Below are positions 25,742 through 32,000 of a DNA stretch of 32,000 bases, one piece after another. Numbering within the stretch: the first letter of the stretch is position 1; every line of letters begins with the position of its first letter. The position numbers and the translations under genes are program-made. The DNA comes from Candidatus Iainarchaeum sp. (GTDB lineage Archaea; Iainarchaeota; Iainarchaeia; Iainarchaeales; 0-14-0-20-30-16), in the NCBI GenBank assembly GCA_028710695.1, contig JAQTTP010000003.1:69285-101284 (forward strand). Direction: 5' to 3'. The notes under the pieces were generated by a model. The model saw only the letters and a program-made list of their open reading frames with translations, was not told the DNA's origin and ran no database searches.

Positions 25742-26773
25742 TCAAAACCACCTATTCAATTTAGGCTGGGCTTTTTCTTCCTTCTCTTTTTGTTTTAGCT
25801 TGTTTAGAGTGCTTTCAACCCTTTCTTTGCTGAAGCTGTACTTGTCAACAAGAAGGTTTGTAAGCTTTTCAAGATCTGGTTCTGTGTTCTGGATGTCTTT
25901 CTCTTTTACTGCCTTATAATCTGGCTTTTCAAAGATCTCATATACTTTTTTGTAATCGTAATTTGGGCTGTATTCAAGTTCCTTGTAAATGTCTTCTAAA
26001 GAGCTGTGTTTCAATACAAGCTTTAATGCGGTCTTGGGCCCAACCTTTGGCGCCTTTTCATTGAAATCGTTTCCGATAAGGATTGCTATCCAGATAAGCT
26101 TCTCTCTTGTTAGGCCTTGTTTTTCTAAACTCTCTCGTAGATTTAGGTGCTCTGGACTCACTGTCACAGAATAGCTTTTCCCGTTTGCTTTCTTCTTGCC
26201 ACTTATAGTAATATTTCTGTAGAGGTTCTTTCCGCCAAAAAGAAGGACATCAAAGTCCTGGCTTATACAGCCATCTAGAAGACCCTTCTCATTCATTACT
26301 GCCAATTGAGCTTCTCCATCATGAATTGCATCTATACAAGGTATTCCAAATGCCTCTAAGAGCTCTTTGCTCTCTGTCACAATCTCAGGAGTTATACGCA
26401 TGGCTTGTTTACCAAACTTTCTTGCGTTTTCGTAGTCTTCTGCTGCCATTGCTTCTCTGTGTTTTTCTTTTGCAATATCCCTTATCTCGTTTCTTTTTTT
26501 AATAACTGTAATTTTTTCATCTAATGGCTTGCCATCAAATACAAAAATAGGCTTAACTCCTGTGTCTAAAATGCTTGACATTCTATAAAACAAACCAACT
26601 ATGTGGCTTGTAATCTGGCCTTTCTCGTTCTGCAAAGGGTTTCCGTATTGGTCTCTGATAGAAGAAAGGAATTGGTAGATGGTGTTATAGGCATCAAAGC
26701 CAAGCTTTTTGTTTTTTAAATCGCTTAGCTTTATTTCGTTTTTAGTTAGGATGTCTCCTAAATCACAGCCCAT
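25742..26773 (-). CDS. fen: Flap endonuclease 1 (FEN1/XPG family)
   Basis: From ATG 26773: MGCDLGDILTKNEIKLSDLKNKKLGFDAYNTIYQFL; FVFDGKP; DGEAQLAVM; SQDFDVLLFGG; IGNDFNEKAPKVGPKTALKLV; C-terminal PIP-like QPKLNRWF. The track ORF starts upstream at 26830. Confidence 0.93.
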   Translation of the reverse strand: MGCDLGDILTKNEIKLSDLKNKKLGFDAYNTIYQFLSSIRDQYGNPLQNEKGQITSHIVGLFYRMSSILDTGVKPIFVFDGKPLDEKITVIKKRNEIRDIAKEKHREAMAAEDYENARKFGKQAMRITPEIVTESKELLEAFGIPCIDAIHDGEAQLAVMNEKGLLDGCISQDFDVLLFGGKNLYRNITISGKKKANGKSYSVTVSPEHLNLRESLEKQGLTREKLIWIAILIGNDFNEKAPKVGPKTALKLVLKHSSLEDIYKELEYSPNYDYKKVYEIFEKPDYKAVKEKDIQNTEPDLEKLTNLLVDKYSFSKERVESTLNKLKQKEKEEKAQPKLNRWF

Positions 26774-28997
26774 CTTTCTCATACTCCTTGTTAATAATAT
26801 CATAAATCTTCTTAGCTTTCTTTTCTCCAAGTTTATCTATGTTCTGCAAAGATTCTTCGCTTGCATTAAATACTCTTTTTACACTTTTATACTTTTCTAA
26901 AAGCCTTTTGGCTAAGGTTGGGCCAACAAAAGGGAGGCCCTCTAATATGCTTCTTTGAAGAATATGATCTTCAACACCTTTTTTGACTTTTCTAAGATGC
27001 AATTCGTTCTCTTTTTTTGTTTGCTCTCTTTTTGCAACCAAGGTAATAAACTCCGCAACCTCTTTTGGAGTTTTTAAAAAGAAAATTGGAATCTTAAAAT
27101 CTGTGCTTAAGGAAAGTATGCTTCCTAAAACTGCGTTTTTGTTTATATTTCTACTTTCATAATCAAGAATTCCTTCAACAATGATTATTGGCTTTTCATA
27201 TGCTATAAGCTTTGATGCCTGGGTGAAAAGCCTGCCGTCTAGAATTGAGTTGAGGAAATCGTCTGCTTTTTTTCTTTCTATTATTGCTTCTTGACCAACT
27301 AGGTAGTCCCCAATATCTAGAGTTTCGAATTCCAGGTCTACTTCTTCTTTATTAAAGCAATTTAGAGCAGCAGCATTTCTTTCTCTGTGGTCTATTATAA
27401 CTGTTGGCTTAAGTTTTTTTTTTGAATCTATTGTAGTAAGCAAAGTAGTTTGTTTTACTTCTCTTGGCTTAACAATTCCATTTATTTTATCTGAAACAGA
27501 CTCTTTTTTTGAAAGCCGATCTATTGTAGTCTCCATCTTTTTCTCTTTCTTTAGTGAAGACCAATAGAAAATCTCATCTTTTGTGTCTTTAGTAATCAAA
27601 ATGTAAATCTTGCCATCTTTAAAACGCCCTGTCCTTCCTCTTCTTTGTATCATCCTAATTTCAGAGGGCACGGGCTCATAGAAAACTATTGTATCTACTG
27701 CCGGTAGGTCTAAACCCTCTTCAGCAACCGAAGTGGCAAGTAAAACGTTGTATTTGCCGGCCTTGAAATCATCAATAATTTCTTTTTGCTCTTTTTGATT
27801 TAGGCCTTTATCATCCTCTTTGTTTGCTTGACCAACAAACCTTTTTACACTGAGAAGAGGGTTTTTTTGCAAGATGGATTCTAAATGCTTTACAGAATCC
27901 CTATAATGGTTGAAAACAATTATTTTTTGTTTTGGATCGCTGCTTAATTCAAATAAAATTATTTCAGTAAGTTTTTGTAATTTGGGGTGGTTTATATCTG
28001 CTAAATTGAAGCCCTCGGTTAGGTAAATTGCTTTTTGGATTCTTTCGTCTTTTAACATCATTCCTGCTGATTTTGTGGTGTCATCTTTAAGCTTGTGAAA
28101 ATACTCCTTAAGGGCTTGTACTCCTTGTGTTTCAAGCATAAGTGATGCATGGTTTGTTTTCAATAATGCAGAAATATACATCATGGCTTGGTAATCTTTG
28201 CTTTCCTTTTTTTCCATTTGAGATACTTTTCTTTGTAGCATTAGAATCTCGCTTTGGGTGCATTGGCTTCTTAGAGCAAAGCCAGATCTCTGAATGTGGT
28301 GGGTAATTTCTTTTGCATAATTGTCTAATGAATTTTGAATAAGTTTGTATTGTTCTGGAAGTTCAACTTTTATCCACTGCACATTTACTGGGTTAGTGTA
28401 AGGTGCTATGTCTGCATCTGTCTTCCTTTTTAGTTCGATGTTAGTAAATTTTAGATTATCCATTATTGCCTTTATTTTGCTTTTTTCATTTCCTGGTGAT
28501 GCAGTCAGGCCAAGAGTTTTGCAAGTTGTTTTTTTTGCAATATTTACATATGCATAAGCCCCTGCTGCTTTGTGAGCTTCATCAAAAATAATCAAATCAA
28601 AAACATCTAACTCTTCTTTGCTTAGGCTTGAAAAGGTCTGAGGTGTAGCACAAATAACTTCACAATTGCTTAATTCTGTGCTTCTTTTTTTTGTAGATAT
28701 TGAGCCAGTAATAAGGCCGATTTCTGCTTTTAAAACAGAGCTTAAAAATTCATAATGCTGATTAACCAATGGTTTAGTTGGTGCTAGAAACAGAATTTTG
28801 CCTTTTTTTGCTAATAAAGTCTCTGCAATAACAAATAAAGCAATAATGGTCTTTCCTAATCCGGTTGGTAAAACAACAAGGGTGCTTTCTTCTAAAGCTT
28901 TTTCTGCTAGAGCGATTTGGTACTGCCTGTGTTTTATTGTATCTTTTTTTATGAGAGGGTGGTTGTAGTAAATGCCCTCAAGATATTTTTCTAGCAT
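26763..28997 (-). CDS. hef: Hef-like SF2 helicase fused to ERCC4/XPF-type nuclease and HhH
   Basis: HRQYQ, LPTGLGKT, DEAH, TASPG, QRRGRTGR helicase motifs; IIDHRER...ERKKADDFLNSI nuclease motif; HhH EGLPFVGPTLAKRLLEKYKSV and LGEKKAKKIYDII. Track ORF begins 29012 (MIYIDMLEK). Confidence 0.93.
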   Translation of the reverse strand: MLEKYLEGIYYNHPLIKKDTIKHRQYQIALAEKALEESTLVVLPTGLGKTIIALFVIAETLLAKKGKILFLAPTKPLVNQHYEFLSSVLKAEIGLITGSISTKKRSTELSNCEVICATPQTFSSLSKEELDVFDLIIFDEAHKAAGAYAYVNIAKKTTCKTLGLTASPGNEKSKIKAIMDNLKFTNIELKRKTDADIAPYTNPVNVQWIKVELPEQYKLIQNSLDNYAKEITHHIQRSGFALRSQCTQSEILMLQRKVSQMEKKESKDYQAMMYISALLKTNHASLMLETQGVQALKEYFHKLKDDTTKSAGMMLKDERIQKAIYLTEGFNLADINHPKLQKLTEIILFELSSDPKQKIIVFNHYRDSVKHLESILQKNPLLSVKRFVGQANKEDDKGLNQKEQKEIIDDFKAGKYNVLLATSVAEEGLDLPAVDTIVFYEPVPSEIRMIQRRGRTGRFKDGKIYILITKDTKDEIFYWSSLKKEKKMETTIDRLSKKESVSDKINGIVKPREVKQTTLLTTIDSKKKLKPTVIIDHRERNAAALNCFNKEEVDLEFETLDIGDYLVGQEAIIERKKADDFLNSILDGRLFTQASKLIAYEKPIIIVEGILDYESRNINKNAVLGSILSLSTDFKIPIFFLKTPKEVAEFITLVAKREQTKKENELHLRKVKKGVEDHILQRSILEGLPFVGPTLAKRLLEKYKSVKRVFNASEESLQNIDKLGEKKAKKIYDIINKEYEKDGL

Positions 28998-29029
28998 ATC
29001 TATATATATCATAAATAACTAATAAATAT

Positions 29030-29830
29030 ATGCCACCAGAATATCTAAAATCAAGAGGTTTTTTGAGAGGTTTGGAGTTTTCTGAGCATATTGCAGAACA
29101 TAGAAATTCTTTTTTTAGAGACCGTGGCCTTTGGGGTGCTAGAAGGCTTAGAGGCTGGGTAGAAGAGCAAAGAGAAAGAGTTAACGAAGTTATTCACCTT
29201 ATGGACAAGGCCAAAGTAAGGCCCTTTTTAGATCTGCTCGCTACTGCAAAAATCAGGAACAAGGCAAAATTTTTAGAGAGATTAAAGCTTTTTATTATGG
29301 ATGATCGAACAAGAGCCCTTAATAGATCTGAAAAGGTAATAGATATTTTGGCGAGTTATGGATTTAGTGAGAATGGATTAAATGAGTGCCTTGGGGAAAT
29401 GGCGCTTGCAAATAAAGCAAGTGGCCCGGCTTTAGTAGAGTCTTATGAACAGACAATTGATATGTTAAAATATTATAAAGGCGCTTTTAAAGGAGATGAG
29501 GCAGTTTATCCTTTAAGAATGGTTAGAACAATTTTTGCTATTTCTGGAGATCCGGAAGCTCAAAGAAAAATATGTAAAAAATATTTCGATTTGATTTTTG
29601 GAAGTTCTAATCCCAAGTTTTGTTTACAAAAAGGAAAAAATCTTTTTGCAATTCTTTTGCGGCTTGTTGCAGAAAAAAGATATAGTGATATTGACGGAAT
29701 GTTTAGGAATATCAAAGATCTTAAGACTTATGTCGAGATAACAAGTAAAATTGATGACGCGACTTTACAATCTGATTTTGCAAAAATTTCAGGATATTTA
29801 TTAAATGCCCGTGAATTAACAACCTTTTAA
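29030..29830 (+). CDS. Hypothetical alpha-helical protein (266 aa)
   Basis: Open frame MPPEYLKSRGFLRGLEFSEHIAEHRNSFFRDRGLWGARRL...; divergent from hef with only a short intergenic promoter region. Confidence 0.7.
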   Translation: MPPEYLKSRGFLRGLEFSEHIAEHRNSFFRDRGLWGARRLRGWVEEQRERVNEVIHLMDKAKVRPFLDLLATAKIRNKAKFLERLKLFIMDDRTRALNRSEKVIDILASYGFSENGLNECLGEMALANKASGPALVESYEQTIDMLKYYKGAFKGDEAVYPLRMVRTIFAISGDPEAQRKICKKYFDLIFGSSNPKFCLQKGKNLFAILLRLVAEKRYSDIDGMFRNIKDLKTYVEITSKIDDATLQSDFAKISGYLLNARELTTF

Positions 29831-31011
29831 TATGGCACAATTACTTCTTTTATTTTTAGACTTATAAAGAAAAATATTCCCATCAGGATAAACATAACTA
29901 AGTATGCAAAAGAACTTGGTAAAAATAGAAGTACAATTGCGGGTAGGAACTTTCCTAGAGCAGCACCAAAATCTTTTGAAGTAGTAAAAATTGGGTAATA
30001 CTTTTCTTCGTCTAATTTTTTTACTTGTTTAAAAAAGAAAGCACCGTCTATTGGTTCAATAAATGATGCTGCAATGCTTGCGATTACTACGAGAGCAAGT
30101 TGTAAGTAAATGTTGTTCATGAAAAATAAAGCTAAGGCAATGATACTTAACAAAAAGAAACCATACTTGAAGAATTTTCTAAAACCTAGTTTTTCAGATG
30201 CTTTTCCAACAAAATATTCGAATATAATTAAGGGTATAACTAAAAATGCAATAAATATACTTACTGTGCCGTCGCTTAACCCTGCTTTTATAATGAATAA
30301 TGGAATATAAATATAGACAAAGCCCCACCAAATTTGTAAGCCCATTGAAACTAAATAAGGGAGATGTAGTTTTTTGTCTTTTATGAAATTAATGATGTTT
30401 AATAGAATATGCTTGTCTAATCCATCTCTTTCTTTTTGTGCAGGGGAAATTTTTAATATTAAAAATAATATTAGAGCAAGAGCATAGAATCCAGCTGCGG
30501 ATAAGAATACTGATCTTAGTCCAAATTCTAATAAAAAGAATCCAGCAATTAGGGGGCCAATTAACCATGCAAAATTAATTATACAAAACATAATTGACAT
30601 TTGTCTGTTTAGCTTACCATCGTCTGAATTATCTCTAAACAAAATGTCGCTGGCATTTACGCGGAGTACAGCATTTATTGTTAACACAAGATAAACCGCC
30701 AAAAAGAAATATAAATTTGTAATTATAGATAGTAAGCTAAATCCTAAGATTGAAATTGCAAGACTGATAATAATGATCTTTCTTTGATTGTATTTTTCTA
30801 GAATTGGAATTACTATGAATGATGATGACACAGCAACTATTAGAAAAATAGCAGAAACAAAACCAATAGTAGATTCTGATAATCCAAAACTAAATAGATA
30901 AATTGCCCAAATTGCCATTATTGCTGCCAAGGCAAGAGATACAAAAAATCTTACAAATGCAAGTTCAGTGCTTTTTGAGATTTGCATATTTGCATAGTTT
31001 GGCTTTTGCAT
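29827..31011 (-). CDS. Major facilitator superfamily transporter (394 aa)
   Basis: About 12 hydrophobic segments; ends 4 nt into the convergent gene; MFS-like loop ILEKYNQRKIIIISL. Confidence 0.85.
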   Translation of the reverse strand: MQKPNYANMQISKSTELAFVRFFVSLALAAIMAIWAIYLFSFGLSESTIGFVSAIFLIVAVSSSFIVIPILEKYNQRKIIIISLAISILGFSLLSIITNLYFFLAVYLVLTINAVLRVNASDILFRDNSDDGKLNRQMSIMFCIINFAWLIGPLIAGFFLLEFGLRSVFLSAAGFYALALILFLILKISPAQKERDGLDKHILLNIINFIKDKKLHLPYLVSMGLQIWWGFVYIYIPLFIIKAGLSDGTVSIFIAFLVIPLIIFEYFVGKASEKLGFRKFFKYGFFLLSIIALALFFMNNIYLQLALVVIASIAASFIEPIDGAFFFKQVKKLDEEKYYPIFTTSKDFGAALGKFLPAIVLLFLPSSFAYLVMFILMGIFFFISLKIKEVIVPY

Positions 31012-31058
31012 GATATAAGAAGTCTGGCCTTATTTATATTTTTTTTGTAGATAATTAA

Positions 31059-31131
31059 TGATCTCACGGGGATTCGAACCCCGGCCGGGGGCTCCGCAAG
31101 CCCCTATGCTATCCAACTGCACCATGAGATC
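31059..31131 (-). tRNA. tRNA-Arg(GCG)
   Basis: RNA GATCTCA...TGAGATC-A; anticodon loop TTGCGGA in GGGGC/GCCCC stem; GGTTCGAATCC. Confidence 0.92.
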
Positions 31132-31203
31132 ATTCTTATATATTTCTTGTAGCATAATATAATTAAGACTTTTGTACTTTTTGGATATTAAGGAGTGATA
31201 GAA

Positions 31204-31416
31204 ATGGGATATAAAATAGAACAAGATCATAAAAACTGTATTGGGTGTGGGGCTTGTGTAGCAATTTGCCCTAAATTTTGGGTTATGGAAGGCGCAAAAG
31301 CAAAGCCAAAGAAAACAGAATTTGATGATAAAGATTTGAAGTGTAACAAAGAGGCAGCAGAATCTTGTCCTGCAAATGTAATCCGTATCTTTAAAGATGG
31401 TAAGAAGATAATTTAG
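31204..31416 (+). CDS. Ferredoxin, [4Fe-4S] type
   Basis: CIGCGACVAICP cluster motif with degenerate second half KCNKEAAESCPANVI; SD aggag 8 nt before ATG 31204. Confidence 0.88.
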   Translation: MGYKIEQDHKNCIGCGACVAICPKFWVMEGAKAKPKKTEFDDKDLKCNKEAAESCPANVIRIFKDGKKII

Positions 31417-31425
31417 TTGATCTTT

Positions 31426-32000
31426 ATGCTGGAACAAATTTTTAAAGAAATAGAGAAACTAAAAGACCCAGAGAGAGCAAAACATTCACTAAGATATTTT
31501 AAAACTGGGCCAGGGGAATATGGGGCGGGAGATAAGTTCCTGGGCCTAAATAATCCGCAAATGAGAGCCCTAGCAAAAAAATACAAGAATCTAGATATTG
31601 GCGATATTGCAACTCTTTTGAAGTCAGGATTTCATGAAGAACGACAAATTGCATTATTTATTTTGGTACATCAATTCGAGGGCGGAGATGCTGACGTAAA
31701 AACTAGGATTTATAATTTTTATTTAAAAAATACGAAATATATAAACAACTGGGATTTAGTGGATTTGTCTGCCCATAAAATTGTGGGGGCATATTTGGTT
31801 GATAAAGAAAAGTTAATTTTGTATAAACTTGTAAAGTCAAAAGATTTGTGGGAAAAAAGAATTGCGGTAATTTCTACTTTTTGGTTTATAATAAATGATT
31901 CTTTTGAAGATGCATTGAAGATTGCAGAAATCCTGCTTGAAGATAAGCACGATTTGATACACAAAGCAGTAGGCTGGATGCTGAGAGAAATAGGAAAAAA
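31426..32000 (+). CDS. DNA alkylation repair protein (AlkD-like HEAT-repeat), truncated at window end
   Basis: Not in the ORF track (no stop). Translation MLEQIFKEIEKLKDPERAKHSLRYFKTGPGEYGAGDKFLGLNNPQMRALAKKY...HEERQIALFILVHQ...NNWDLVDLSAHKIVG...KDLWEKRIAVISTFWFI matches AlkD-family landmarks. Confidence 0.85.
   Translation, partial: MLEQIFKEIEKLKDPERAKHSLRYFKTGPGEYGAGDKFLGLNNPQMRALAKKYKNLDIGDIATLLKSGFHEERQIALFILVHQFEGGDADVKTRIYNFYLKNTKYINNWDLVDLSAHKIVGAYLVDKEKLILYKLVKSKDLWEKRIAVISTFWFIINDSFEDALKIAEILLEDKHDLIHKAVGWMLREIGK

Noticed and set aside
29827-31011. MFS transporter as part of a defence or secondary-metabolite island
   Set aside because: Only an ordinary polytopic MFS-like protein, with no linked biosynthetic, restriction or toxin-antitoxin genes nearby.
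31031-31437. 135-aa minus-strand ORF 31031-31437
   Set aside because: It overlaps tRNA-Arg and the ferredoxin gene, which has a clear [4Fe-4S] motif and SD; the product shows no domain.

Overview
This window looks like a compact, AT-rich archaeal genome segment, probably DPANN-like. The basis is an archaeal-type SRP RNA, Hef- and FEN1-type proteins, FtsZ, BRE/TATA-like promoters and many small membrane proteins; the lineage is inferred. About half the window (824-17483) is one locus. It holds two consecutive giant genes of 2412 and about 2458 aa, each with a short basic cytoplasmic N-terminus, one signal anchor and a very long predicted extracellular region. They are followed by four tightly packed small multi-TM proteins and a fifth small membrane protein with its own promoter-like sequence. 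The two giants look like full-length diverged paralogs, with matching N-termini, central cysteine block, late 'I-(F/L)-Y-x-MP-(V/L)-D' block and C-terminal tail. This is my main candidate for an undescribed envelope or cell-contact system. The right half carries a UDG-superfamily protein, a GNAT, an RpiA-like protein with degenerate catalytic motifs, an Mre11-like nuclease, a Cys-rich lipoprotein with a HELVH metallopeptidase motif, a dense RNA cluster, FtsZ, an overlapping hef/fen1-like pair, an MFS transporter, tRNA-Arg, a ferredoxin and an AlkD-like protein. The RNA cluster contains tRNA-Glu, -Leu, -Ser, -Lys and -Asn plus SRP RNA, with repeated hairpin elements between them that the annotated genes do not explain. 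No CRISPR array, transposase or rRNA was seen.
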